A stretch of DNA of 64,000 bases from Armatimonadota bacterium (GTDB lineage Bacteria > Armatimonadota > Chthonomonadetes > Chthonomonadales > Chthonomonadaceae): positions 584,715-648,714 of the forward strand of contig JAGWMJ010000001.1 in the NCBI GenBank assembly GCA_028871815.1, read 5' to 3'. The position numbers were made by a program, and so were the translations under genes. The notes under the pieces were generated by a model, which saw nothing but the letters and a program-made list of their open reading frames with translations, made no database searches and was not told the origin of the DNA. Shown piece after piece: positions 36,861 to 46,237 of the stretch; the stretch's first letter is position 1; the number at the start of each line of letters is the position of its first letter.

Positions 36861-37454
36861 ATGCCAAGCTCCACGCAGCGTCGCGAACAACATGTGGCGG
36901 ATACCAATGGCCCGCGCCTGGGGCGCACACCACGGCCGCGCGTGCATTTCGCCAATCTGTGTCCCGATGAACTCGTGGAGACCGTTGCGGCAATCACGCC
37001 GGAGCATCTGAAGCGTCAAGGAATACGTGGCGTGATTCTGGATATGGACAATACGCTGGTGCGATGGCAGCGTCAGGAACTGGCGCCCGAGGCGCTGGCG
37101 TGGCTGGAAGCGCTGAAGGCCTTGAGCATCGGCGTCTGCATCCTCTCGAACTCTTTTTTCGGGCACCGGTCCGACCGGTTGGCAAGTCGCATCGGCTGCG
37201 TGAATATCCGAAAGGCCAAGAAACCGATGCGTGGCGGGTTCAACCGGGCTATGAAGGCGCTTGGCACCGAGCCTGGGTCCACAGCGATTGTTGGCGACCA
37301 GATGTTTACCGACGTACTCGGCGGCAACCGGGTTGGATGCCGAACCATCATGGTGCGGCGCATCCACTGCCGCGAGTTCCTCTATACACGCATCTTTCAT
37401 CGCCCGCTGGAGTGGCTGTTTCTCGGGTACTTTCGGCGCGCCGGAGCGCTGTAA
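36861..37454 (+). CDS. HAD-IIIA phosphatase, YqeG-like.
   Basis: GIRGVILDMDNTLV is the DxDxT motif, followed by SNS...KP...GDQMFTDVLGGN. Confidence 0.75.
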   Translation: MPSSTQRREQHVADTNGPRLGRTPRPRVHFANLCPDELVETVAAITPEHLKRQGIRGVILDMDNTLVRWQRQELAPEALAWLEALKALSIGVCILSNSFFGHRSDRLASRIGCVNIRKAKKPMRGGFNRAMKALGTEPGSTAIVGDQMFTDVLGGNRVGCRTIMVRRIHCREFLYTRIFHRPLEWLFLGYFRRAGAL

Positions 37455-37605
37455 CCGCCCCGGGCAGCCTACGCACCAAATGCGCCACTTCCGAAGTGCC
37501 GCAAACTGTTTATCCTCGTGAATCTCGAGACCGGTACGTTCGTCTACTTGTATTCCAGCCAGTTTGTGATAGATTCATCAGGCTCGTTGTGGAACCAACA
37601 TCCGG

Positions 37606-38517
37606 ATGCAGTCGTCACAGTTTGCGGGGAGTGCGGTACCTTATGTCTATGGTTCGTCCCGCGTAGCCGGCGTTTTCGGATGCCCGATTGAGCACTCACT
37701 CTCCCCGGCGATGCACAATGCCGCGTACGCCGCTCTGCAGCTCTCATTTATCTATACTCCGTTTCATGTGGAGCCGGGCGATCTCGGGGCGGCAATCGGG
37801 AGCATAACCGCTCTCGGGATGGCGGGCGTGAACCTCACGATCCCGCACAAAGAGGCTGCGATACCTTTTCTGGATCGGCTTACGGATTCTGCCGCCGAGT
37901 GCGGCGCCGTCAATACCGTACTGCCGGAAGACGGCCGCCTGCTGGGCGATAATACCGATGGCGATGGGTTCTGGCAGCCGCTTCACGACCGTGGTTTCGA
38001 TGCTGCCGGAGAGCATGCTCTCATCCTTGGCGCCGGCGGCTCGGCGAGGGTGGTTGCCCTCACGCTCCTAAAAAAGGGGGCGCGCGTTCGGGTTGCAAAT
38101 CGATCTGGTGGAAGGGCTGAGAAACTGGTGGCCTGGCTGCGCAATCTTGGCTATTCCGACATCGAGCAGGTAGAGTACAACGCTGCCGGACTGCGGGAGG
38201 CCGCGGTTACCGCGGGCCTGCTGGTGAACGCGACGCCCGTGGGAATGTGGCCGGCCACAACCGACGAGTTGCCCGCACCGCTATCCCGACTGCGCAAAGG
38301 CATGCTGGTGGTGGACTTGGTGTACAATCCGGAGCAGACGGCACTTCTGCGGACCGCGCAGGATGCCGGATGTGAAACCGTCTCTGGAGTGGAGATGCTC
38401 GTAGCGCAGGGCGCCTCGGCGTTCCGCATGTTTACTGGTGTGGATGCGCCTGTTGATGTGATGACGCAGGCGGTTCGGGCAGGATTGACGGGCGTGGCGA
38501 AGACGCCGGGCCGGTAA
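37606..38517 (+). CDS. aroE: Shikimate dehydrogenase.
   Basis: VFGCPIEHSLSPAMHNAAY, the TIPHK and NTDGDGF motifs, and the Rossmann segment LILGAGGSARVVA. Confidence 0.85.
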   Translation: MQSSQFAGSAVPYVYGSSRVAGVFGCPIEHSLSPAMHNAAYAALQLSFIYTPFHVEPGDLGAAIGSITALGMAGVNLTIPHKEAAIPFLDRLTDSAAECGAVNTVLPEDGRLLGDNTDGDGFWQPLHDRGFDAAGEHALILGAGGSARVVALTLLKKGARVRVANRSGGRAEKLVAWLRNLGYSDIEQVEYNAAGLREAAVTAGLLVNATPVGMWPATTDELPAPLSRLRKGMLVVDLVYNPEQTALLRTAQDAGCETVSGVEMLVAQGASAFRMFTGVDAPVDVMTQAVRAGLTGVAKTPGR

Positions 38518-38605
38518 TAACTGCCAGGTGATATAGCAGCTGCAGCGGCGGTGGCGGCACAGGTCGCTCCACCGCTATCGGATGGAACTCGGGGAGGCTA
38601 GCGGA

Positions 38606-40399
38606 ATGCAGAGCGGAACGCAGAAGCGCGATATGGGCCAGTACATGGTCGAGAAGAACTACATCTCGGCCCAGCAGCTTGAAGAGGCTCTTAAGGCCCA
38701 GGTGAACAGTAAGAGTGAGCTCACGCGCGTGTTTCTTGAGATGGGCATCAACCCGCGAGACGTGTACGAAGCCAAGGCGTTTCAGGAGAACGTGCCGTTC
38801 GTGGACCTTACGGTGTTCAAACCCGAGCAGAGCGCGCTCAACGTTGTTCCGGAGCATATCGCCAAGCGCTACACCGTGCTGCCTGTCAAAAAGGATGGCG
38901 GCACCCTGTATGTTGCAATGGCCGACACCAACAATCTGGAGGCCACCGACGACCTTCGGCTGGTTTCGCGCTGCCAGATAAAGACCGTGCTTGCCGTGCC
39001 GGAGCATCTGGAAGATGCCATTGGGCGGCTGTACACGGGAACGCAGGTAGACCTGGCGTCTGCCGATGGCAAGGGCGGCATGAATCCGTTGAAGGGCGGC
39101 AGCGCCGACATCATGGACGCCGACGTGAAATCCTCAATGGCCGAAGTAATGGCCAAGTACGGCATGCGAGGCGACGCCGCCAAGGAGGATGACGAGGACG
39201 ACGACGCGATTTCCAAGGTGGTGGAAGAGGCCCCGATTATCCGTCTGGCGCACACAATCATTATCCAGGCGATCAAGGAAAAGGCTTCGGACATCCACCT
39301 GGAACCGGATCGCAAATCGGTTCGGATCCGGTACCGCATAGACGGCGTTCTGCATGAAACCATGCAGATGCCCAAATACATCCAGATGCCGCTGACGGCG
39401 CGGTACAAGATTCTTGCCGAGATGAACATCGCCGAGCGGCGCGTGCCTCAGGATGGCCGCATCGCCGTGCGCTTCTCCGGCGCCGAGTTTGATCTCCGCG
39501 TTTCCTGCCTGCCAAACCTGCACGGCGAAAAGATCGTCATGCGGATCCTGGACAAGAGCAGCGTTATGATCGGCTTGAACAAGCTGGGCTTCACTCCTGA
39601 GGTTCAGGCACAGCTTGAGGAGCTGTCGCAACAGCCGAACGGCATGCTTCTTTCAACAGGACCCACAGGGCACGGCAAAACAACCACCCAGTACTCGGTG
39701 CTCAACAAGCTGAACTCGGTGGAGAAGAACATCCTCACCGTTGAAGACCCGATTGAGTACCAGCTGAGCGGTATCACGCAGGTGCAGGTCAATCCCAAGG
39801 CCGGCCTGATGTTCGGTAATGCACTGCGATCATTCCTCCGGCAGGACCCGGACATCATCATGGTTGGCGAAATGCGCGACCTTGAAACGGCGGGAATCGC
39901 CATCGAGTCGGCTCTTACCGGCCACCTCGTGCTTTCCACGCTGCACACGAATGACGCCCCTTCCGCCACTATCCGCCTCATTGATATGGGGGTGGAACCG
40001 TTCCTGGTCTCGGCAACGGTAGTCGGCATACTTGCCCAGCGGTTGGGACGCCGGATCTGTACCGGCTGCAAAGAGTTCTACGACGTGCGCGCCTCGGATC
40101 TGCATAACTTCGGCTTTGTGACGGAAGATCCGGACGCCATGGTGCAGATTGCACGCGGCAAGGGCTGTGAGGTATGCCGCTATACGGGGTACAAGGGCCG
40201 CACCGGCTTTTACGAGCTGATGCGGATGAACGCCGAGATGGCCGAAATGGTGGTCCGGCGTGCGCCGCTTTCGGAGCTGAAGCGCGCTGCCAAGGCCAAC
40301 GGGATGCACGAACTGCGGGAAGATGGCTTACTGAAGGTTCTCGACGGAGTCACCACACCGGACGAAGTTCGGCGAGTGGTGTTTACCGCAGGATTCTAG
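38606..40399 (+). CDS. pilB: Type IV pilus assembly ATPase PilB (GspE family) with an N-terminal T2SSE_N domain.
   Basis: Walker A (STGPTGHGKTTT), an Asp box, Walker B and the tetracysteine CTGCKEF...CEVCRYTG are present. The start is chosen at the ATG that has GGGGAGG 8 nt upstream. Confidence 0.9.
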   Translation: MQSGTQKRDMGQYMVEKNYISAQQLEEALKAQVNSKSELTRVFLEMGINPRDVYEAKAFQENVPFVDLTVFKPEQSALNVVPEHIAKRYTVLPVKKDGGTLYVAMADTNNLEATDDLRLVSRCQIKTVLAVPEHLEDAIGRLYTGTQVDLASADGKGGMNPLKGGSADIMDADVKSSMAEVMAKYGMRGDAAKEDDEDDDAISKVVEEAPIIRLAHTIIIQAIKEKASDIHLEPDRKSVRIRYRIDGVLHETMQMPKYIQMPLTARYKILAEMNIAERRVPQDGRIAVRFSGAEFDLRVSCLPNLHGEKIVMRILDKSSVMIGLNKLGFTPEVQAQLEELSQQPNGMLLSTGPTGHGKTTTQYSVLNKLNSVEKNILTVEDPIEYQLSGITQVQVNPKAGLMFGNALRSFLRQDPDIIMVGEMRDLETAGIAIESALTGHLVLSTLHTNDAPSATIRLIDMGVEPFLVSATVVGILAQRLGRRICTGCKEFYDVRASDLHNFGFVTEDPDAMVQIARGKGCEVCRYTGYKGRTGFYELMRMNAEMAEMVVRRAPLSELKRAAKANGMHELREDGLLKVLDGVTTPDEVRRVVFTAGF

Positions 40400-40487
40400 G
40401 CCGAATAGAGAGAAATCACAGTCGAGGGCCGGCGGCGCCAGCAGCCGGCTCCTCAGCCCGGCAGCCATCCGGGCAGGAGTAGACCCA

Positions 40488-41738
40488 TTGTCCGATAATC
40501 CCATTCCAGCGGTACCACCGCTCCGACCGCAGCAGCCCGGCGGCGCCCCCGATCCGCAGGCAGCCGCCGTCAACCCGATGACCGGCGAGGCGGCGCAGCC
40601 GATTGCCAACGTGGCGTCGGCGCGTCCCACACCGCTGGACGACGCCCATGTGGACGACCTCTTGCGCCTGGTGCACGAGAAGGGCGCCTCCGATCTCCAT
40701 ATCGCCGTCGGGGTGCCTCCCATCATCCGCGTGGATGGAGCGCTTATACCGATCCCGTTCGAAAAGGTCTCTTCGCAGGATGCGCAGCGGCTGATCTACG
40801 ACATCCTCACGGATGAACAGATCCAGCGGTTCGAGACCGAACTTGAGCTCGACTTCAGTTACTCCCTGGCCCGCATCGCCCGGTTCCGTGTGAACGTGTT
40901 CCGTGACCGAGGCAATGTCGGCGTGGCGTTCCGGCAGATTCCGCAGAAGATACCAACCCTCAAGGATTTGGGTCTGCCAATGGTGCTGGAAGAGTTGACG
41001 CACCTTCCACGCGGTCTTATCCTCGTAACCGGGCCAACCGGCTCCGGTAAATCGACCAGCCTTGCGGCGATGATCCACCAGATCAACACCGAGCAGGGTC
41101 GGCACATCATCACCATCGAAGATCCGATTGAATACCTGCACACGCACCGGTGCAGCATCATCAATCAGCGGGAAGTTGGGCAGGATACCAAGCAGTTCAA
41201 GAATGCGCTGCGCGCCGCGCTCCGTGAAGACCCGGACGTGATCCTTGTGGGTGAAATGCGCGATCTCGAGACGATGCAGATGGCGGTATCCGCCGCGGAA
41301 ACCGGTCACCTGGTCTTCGCCACGCTGCATACCAACTCCGCAGCGACATCCGTAGAGCGCATTGTCGACTCCTTCCCATCCGGCCAACAGGAGCAGGTGC
41401 GGCTGCAGCTATCCAACAACCTGCAGGCTATTCTCTGCCAGCAGCTCATCCCGCGCGCCAATCAGCCGGGACGCATCTGCGCCATCGAAATCATGCGTGC
41501 AAGCCCCGCCATACGCAACCTTATCCGCGAAGCCAAGGCGCACCAGATCACCTCGATGATCCAGACCAGCGCCAACATGGGAATGCAAACCATGGATCAG
41601 AGCCTGCGCGATCTCTATCTCCGCGGCATGATCAGCTACGATGAAGCGATGACGCGGGCCATGAACCCGACAGAACTCGAGAAGATGATACGAACCGCAA
41701 CCATGCCCGCGCCCGGACAGGGGCAATACTCGCGGTAA
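40488..41738 (+). CDS. pilT: Twitching-motility retraction ATPase PilT, with a Pro-rich extension of about 55 aa at the N-terminus.
   Basis: GASDLHIAVGVPPIIRVDG, Walker A (VTGPTGSGKSTSLAAMI), IITIEDPIEY and LVGEMRDLET are present. The TTG start has AGGAG 8 nt upstream. Confidence 0.9.
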   Translation: MSDNPIPAVPPLRPQQPGGAPDPQAAAVNPMTGEAAQPIANVASARPTPLDDAHVDDLLRLVHEKGASDLHIAVGVPPIIRVDGALIPIPFEKVSSQDAQRLIYDILTDEQIQRFETELELDFSYSLARIARFRVNVFRDRGNVGVAFRQIPQKIPTLKDLGLPMVLEELTHLPRGLILVTGPTGSGKSTSLAAMIHQINTEQGRHIITIEDPIEYLHTHRCSIINQREVGQDTKQFKNALRAALREDPDVILVGEMRDLETMQMAVSAAETGHLVFATLHTNSAATSVERIVDSFPSGQQEQVRLQLSNNLQAILCQQLIPRANQPGRICAIEIMRASPAIRNLIREAKAHQITSMIQTSANMGMQTMDQSLRDLYLRGMISYDEAMTRAMNPTELEKMIRTATMPAPGQGQYSR

Positions 41739-41789
41739 CGTTCTCACACGGCGCGCCCGCTGCCAGCGGGCGCGCATCCGGAGGCAGAT

Positions 41790-43037
41790 ATGCCCGTCTA
41801 CAGCTATACCGTCCGAGACTCCACCGGCGCCGTGCGTACCGGCACCTCCGAAGCCGAGAACCAGGACATCCTGAAGCGGCGATTGCAGGAGCAGGGATTC
41901 AACGTCAGTGACGTCAAGCAGACCGGCTCCGGCAAAAAGAAATCGGCGGCCGCCGGGTTTGGTCGCGTCAAACTGGCCGATCTCTCCATCTTCTGTCGCC
42001 AGTTCTCCACCATGATCGATGCCGGCGTATCGCTGGTGCGGGCACTGGACGTATTGGGCGAACAGACCACCAACCCCAAGCTGAAGCGCATCATACACGA
42101 TATTCAGGTGGAAGTTGAAGGTGGCCAAACACTGTCGCGGGCAATGCAGAAGTTCCCCAAGGTGTTTAGCAACCTCTTCATCGGATTGATACGCGCCGGC
42201 GAAGTGGGTGGTGTGCTTGAGGAAGCCCTGCAGCGGCTGTCGTTCTTCCTGGAAAAGGATATGCAGTTGCGGCGCAAAGTTAAGTCCGCAATGACATATC
42301 CTGTTATTGTGGTTATTGTGGCCATTCTGATTGTCCTGGGCCTCTGCACATTTATCGTTCCGAAGTTTGTGGACCTGTTCAAAGATCTGGGCGTCAAGCA
42401 GTTGCCGGCGATGACGCAGTTTCTGGTCGATTTCAGCGACTTCCTGAAGACAAAATGGTACATCGGCCTGGCCATCATCTTCTTCTTGTGGCTGGCCATC
42501 AAATACTTCGGCACGACGCGCATCGGGCGACGCGTCATCGACAGAGTCAAGCTCAAGGTTCCGGTGTTCGGCAAACTGGGCCACAAAATCTGCCTGGCGC
42601 GATTCTCCCGAACTCTTTCGACACTGCTGGTTTCCGGCGTGCCGATTCTGCAGGCGATGGATACCGTGGCCGGTACGGTCGGCAACGAAATCATCAGTGA
42701 GGCGCTGCTCAACGCCAAGGCGAGGATCCGTGAAGGTGACCGCATCAACGACCCGCTGGCCAAGAGCAAAATGTTTCCGCCCATGGTGGTGCATATGATC
42801 TCGATCGGTGAAGAATCTGGAGCTCTCGATCAGATGCTCAGCAAGATCGCAGAGTTCTACGAAGACGAGGTGGATGCTCAGCTCCAGTCGTTGACAGCCG
42901 CAATCGAGCCCGTGATGATCGTCATCCTTGGCGTATGCGTCGGCTTTATCGTCATCGCCATGTTCATGCCTCTCATCCAGGTCATCGCCAACCTTAGCGG
43001 CGGCGGCGGCGGCGGTGCCGGCGGCGGCGGCGATTAG
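41790..43037 (+). CDS. pilC: Type IV pilus platform protein PilC (GspF family).
   Basis: Two T2SS-F repeats are present (QFSTMIDAGVSLVRAL / ARFSRTLSTLLVSGVPILQAM). The tail is Gly-rich and encoded by a (GGC)n tract. Confidence 0.9.
   Translation: MPVYSYTVRDSTGAVRTGTSEAENQDILKRRLQEQGFNVSDVKQTGSGKKKSAAAGFGRVKLADLSIFCRQFSTMIDAGVSLVRALDVLGEQTTNPKLKRIIHDIQVEVEGGQTLSRAMQKFPKVFSNLFIGLIRAGEVGGVLEEALQRLSFFLEKDMQLRRKVKSAMTYPVIVVIVAILIVLGLCTFIVPKFVDLFKDLGVKQLPAMTQFLVDFSDFLKTKWYIGLAIIFFLWLAIKYFGTTRIGRRVIDRVKLKVPVFGKLGHKICLARFSRTLSTLLVSGVPILQAMDTVAGTVGNEIISEALLNAKARIREGDRINDPLAKSKMFPPMVVHMISIGEESGALDQMLSKIAEFYEDEVDAQLQSLTAAIEPVMIVILGVCVGFIVIAMFMPLIQVIANLSGGGGGGAGGGGD
42997..43033 (+). repeat. (GGC)n trinucleotide tract encoding the Gly-rich tail of PilC.
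   Basis: agcggcggcggcggcggcggtgccggcggcggcggcgat encodes SGGGGGGAGGGGD. Confidence 0.7.
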
Positions 43038-43081
43038 GGGCTAAACATCTGTTGATGCAAACCACCTGGAAACCGCGTTAG

Positions 43082-44110
43082 TTGGTGGCGCCGGAGAGTT
43101 TCTGGCCGATCGTTGCGTTCGTTTTTGGCGCGTGCGTAGGCAGCTTCCTGAATGTGGTGATCTACCGCCTGCCACGCGGTCAAACACTCGTCAAGCCGGA
43201 ACACTCCTACTGTCCAAACTGCAGCGGACGGCTCCAGGCTATCGACCTGGTGCCCCTGCTAAGCTTTATAGCACTGCGCACCCGGTGCCGGCAGTGCGGC
43301 AAGCCAATATCGTGGAGGTACTTCTGGGTAGAGCTGCTTACCGCGGCGCTCTTTGCCGTGATAACCGCGCGATTTCAGAGCCAGCCCTTCCTGGCGGTGG
43401 CGCTGCTTCTGTTTACGTCGGCGCTCATACCGATCGCGTTCATCGATCTGGCAACTTTTACTATCCCAAACTCTCTGAACCTCCTCGCCTTTGCCATTCC
43501 CGTGCTGCTGGATGGTATTCTGCTGGTGTCGCACGCACCGGGACACCGGCTGATGTTCGGTTGGCTGCCGGTCTCCATCGCCGGTGCAGTAGGCGGCATT
43601 CTGATGCTCGGTGGCTTTCGGACCCTGGGGTCCATCGTGTTCCGTCGCGAGGCGATGGGCCTTGGTGATGTCTACCTGGCGCGCGCCATAGGCGCTATGC
43701 TGGGCCTGATCGTTCTGCCGGGTCAGGAGCCGCTGCGACTGTTCCCGGTATGGCTGCTGGCATCCACGGTGACCGGCATGGTGGTCGGCGGCGTGCCGCT
43801 ACTGGTAGACCGGTTCCGTAAGAGAGTGACGCCTGCCGATGACGGTGGGCAGGGCGAAGCCGGTCCTGTTCGTGCGTCAGCGCTGGTAACGGAGTGGCTG
43901 GCGGTATTCCTGTTCTGGGATCTCTGGGAGATGTTCCGTAAGGATGGCGGCAGCGACGAGACAACCATTCTCGTGGAGGGGCCGCTGGATCCGACCGCGG
44001 TGCCCTTTGGACCGTATTTAGGTATCGGGTTTCTGGTGACGTTGTTCGTCGGCGCGCAGGTTACCAACTGGTACCTGGCCACCATGCTGGGGCAGGGCCG
44101 TCATCTATAG
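43082..44110 (+). CDS. pilD: Prepilin peptidase PilD (A24 family) with an unusual C-terminal insertion.
   Basis: A Zn-binding CPNC...CRQC is present. The catalytic Asp motifs are FIDLATFTIPN and GLGDVYL. The C-terminus ends PFGPYLGIG. An extra segment of about 70 aa lies between the second Asp motif and the C-terminus. Confidence 0.85.
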   Translation: MVAPESFWPIVAFVFGACVGSFLNVVIYRLPRGQTLVKPEHSYCPNCSGRLQAIDLVPLLSFIALRTRCRQCGKPISWRYFWVELLTAALFAVITARFQSQPFLAVALLLFTSALIPIAFIDLATFTIPNSLNLLAFAIPVLLDGILLVSHAPGHRLMFGWLPVSIAGAVGGILMLGGFRTLGSIVFRREAMGLGDVYLARAIGAMLGLIVLPGQEPLRLFPVWLLASTVTGMVVGGVPLLVDRFRKRVTPADDGGQGEAGPVRASALVTEWLAVFLFWDLWEMFRKDGGSDETTILVEGPLDPTAVPFGPYLGIGFLVTLFVGAQVTNWYLATMLGQGRHL

Positions 44111-44224
44111 ATGAGACAGGTGTTAACGATGGAACACCGTACTTTGAGACGTCGTCTCAGAATCGTCCCTCAATCCAGGCGCATCACATGGCGAATGGAC
44201 GGGGCATTGCAGAACGGAAAGGTT

Positions 44225-45094
44225 ATGAGCCGAAATCACGTAGCCGGTGCGGACGGATTTACGCTGATCGAACTGCTTACGGTAATAGCAATTGTGGCCG
44301 TTTTGGCTGCCCTGCTGTTTCCGGTCTTTGCCCGTGCCCGCGAAGCGGCACGTTCCGCCACCTGCTTTACGCAGATGCACGACATCTACCGCGCTGTGGA
44401 GATGTACAAGGCCGATAACAACCGCTATCCTGCCAGCCTCATCGGCTTCGCGCAGTCCACCTCGGTGTACACGGCGCCCGATGGCAGCACCCACCTTGAG
44501 TTCTATACCGGTTCGGGTACACCCGCCGGACTGGATAAAGATACGTATCGACCGCTGATGGGCGGCCAGAAGTACCTGACCGGCGGAGACAACACGTTCC
44601 ACTGCCCGGATGACCCGATACAGGACCCAACGCGGCTGATGACTGCCGTCTACCCGACCAACACGCCCCTTGCGGGTCAGCCGGTATCGTTTACGGCGGA
44701 GATCGCGCACAACATCGGCAACACGCTGGTAGATCCGGCAGTTATTGGCGGACCGGCCTACTTCTTCTCGTTCGACAGCTATGACGCCGGCCCTCAGGTA
44801 AATGCCGACGGCAGCGCGCCTGCCACCCCGGTTACCGAGCTACACTACAGCCTCGATTGGACCGGGCAGACCGGCCCAGCCGATAATACATGCACCACGC
44901 ATCCAGACAGCCTGTGCATGAATCAGTTGAAGTATCCGGATCCGCCGAAGGACAAGACGGTTTTAACCTGGTGTACGTGGCACGTTTTTACGGCCCACGC
45001 CACCATGGTGAATGTACTACTGCTTAGTGGCACGGCCCGGCCCGTGCCGGTGAATACGTTTGAAGCCAAAGGCCCGCTCAACCTTGAGTACTAG
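44225..45094 (+). CDS. Prepilin-type protein with a DUF1559-like C-terminus (class III signal peptide).
   Basis: The leader is MSRNHVAGADG, followed by FTLIELLTVIAIVAVLAALLFPVFARAREAARSATCFTQM. The C-terminus reads HATMVNVLLLSG (H-X9-SG). The ATG has GGAAAGG 4 nt upstream. Confidence 0.8.
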   Translation: MSRNHVAGADGFTLIELLTVIAIVAVLAALLFPVFARAREAARSATCFTQMHDIYRAVEMYKADNNRYPASLIGFAQSTSVYTAPDGSTHLEFYTGSGTPAGLDKDTYRPLMGGQKYLTGGDNTFHCPDDPIQDPTRLMTAVYPTNTPLAGQPVSFTAEIAHNIGNTLVDPAVIGGPAYFFSFDSYDAGPQVNADGSAPATPVTELHYSLDWTGQTGPADNTCTTHPDSLCMNQLKYPDPPKDKTVLTWCTWHVFTAHATMVNVLLLSGTARPVPVNTFEAKGPLNLEY

Positions 45095-45109
45095 GGCCGG
45101 AGCAATGGA

Positions 45110-46120
45110 ATGAATCTACGCACTACCGCACGTGGACGGCGACACGGCTTTACGCTGATTGAACTGCTCACGGTTATCGCAATCATAGCGCTTCTTGCAG
45201 CAATCCTCTTTCCCGTGTTCAGCACGGTACGAGAGCAGGCACGCGAGAGCAACACGATGAGCAATATGCACGATATCTACGTGGCGGCGCGCTCATTCCA
45301 GCTGGATGAGGGGCACTTCCCGAACGTGCTGTTCGGTTACGCAATGGTGCAAACCGGCGTCAACCCCGACACCTACCGGCCGGCCAAGCCCACGGATACC
45401 AGCGTGCTTCCAATGGACCAGGCGGTTGAGAAGTTCGCTACCGAGAGTGGCATCGCGAACTACGGCTACCTATACGGCGAGCAGATCAAAGACTTCAGCG
45501 CCTTTACCAACATCGACGATACGGTCACCAACAAATCCGCGGTCACCATCGCATACTATCCACCCAACTCCGCCTACGCTCAGTCTTATGTGAAGAATCA
45601 CGGCGGAAACGTAGATAGCGTGGTGGTCACATGGGAAGCGCCAACGCAGGACCCGAACTCGCTGTGCACCTACTATGGCGACTCGGATCTGCCCGACGCC
45701 AGCTACGCCTCCAGCGACGGAAAGAACTACACCAGCACGCCTCTTCCCAAGCTGTTCTACAAAATGGACAGCATGGATATCAGCCCCATGCTGGATGACC
45801 TGGGCAACAAGGTTTTCGAAGCCGACGGCGTTACGCCCAAATACGAGCTGAACTACTCGCCCAACTGGAGCCATCAACTCTACCAGCCCGTCAGCGCGGC
45901 TTATCCGCTGGGCTGCGATGTGGGAGCGAACTTTGCACCGGTCGTCAATCAACTGAAGTACCAGAACCCACCACGCAACCGGACGGTGATCACCTGGATC
46001 ACTACGCACGCCGCAGTCACGGGTAACGGCCAGATACTTACGCTTCTGGATGACGGTACGACAATCAAACTGCACGCCGCGCAGGCCTATTCCGACCTGC
46101 CAATGAACTACGCGCCGTAA
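45110..46120 (+). CDS. Prepilin-type protein with a DUF1559-like C-terminus.
   Basis: The leader is MNLRTTARGRRHG, followed by FTLIELLTVIAIIALLAAILFPVFSTVREQARESNTMSNM. The C-terminus reads ...LTLLDDGT. Confidence 0.8.
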   Translation: MNLRTTARGRRHGFTLIELLTVIAIIALLAAILFPVFSTVREQARESNTMSNMHDIYVAARSFQLDEGHFPNVLFGYAMVQTGVNPDTYRPAKPTDTSVLPMDQAVEKFATESGIANYGYLYGEQIKDFSAFTNIDDTVTNKSAVTIAYYPPNSAYAQSYVKNHGGNVDSVVVTWEAPTQDPNSLCTYYGDSDLPDASYASSDGKNYTSTPLPKLFYKMDSMDISPMLDDLGNKVFEADGVTPKYELNYSPNWSHQLYQPVSAAYPLGCDVGANFAPVVNQLKYQNPPRNRTVITWITTHAAVTGNGQILTLLDDGTTIKLHAAQAYSDLPMNYAP

Positions 46121-46237
46121 CCAAACCTGTTCATCCAAAGGAACACGGCGCTCGGGCACGTCGTCCAAAACCGGCGTGGTGCGCTCTGGCAGTAACGGGG
46201 CTACTGCGCCGAATCACGGAACCATAAAGGCTTGAGA

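Noticed and set aside
40416-42794. Minus-strand ORFs of 323, 461 and 226 aa.
   Set aside because: They are antisense to pilT and pilC, which have unambiguous motifs.
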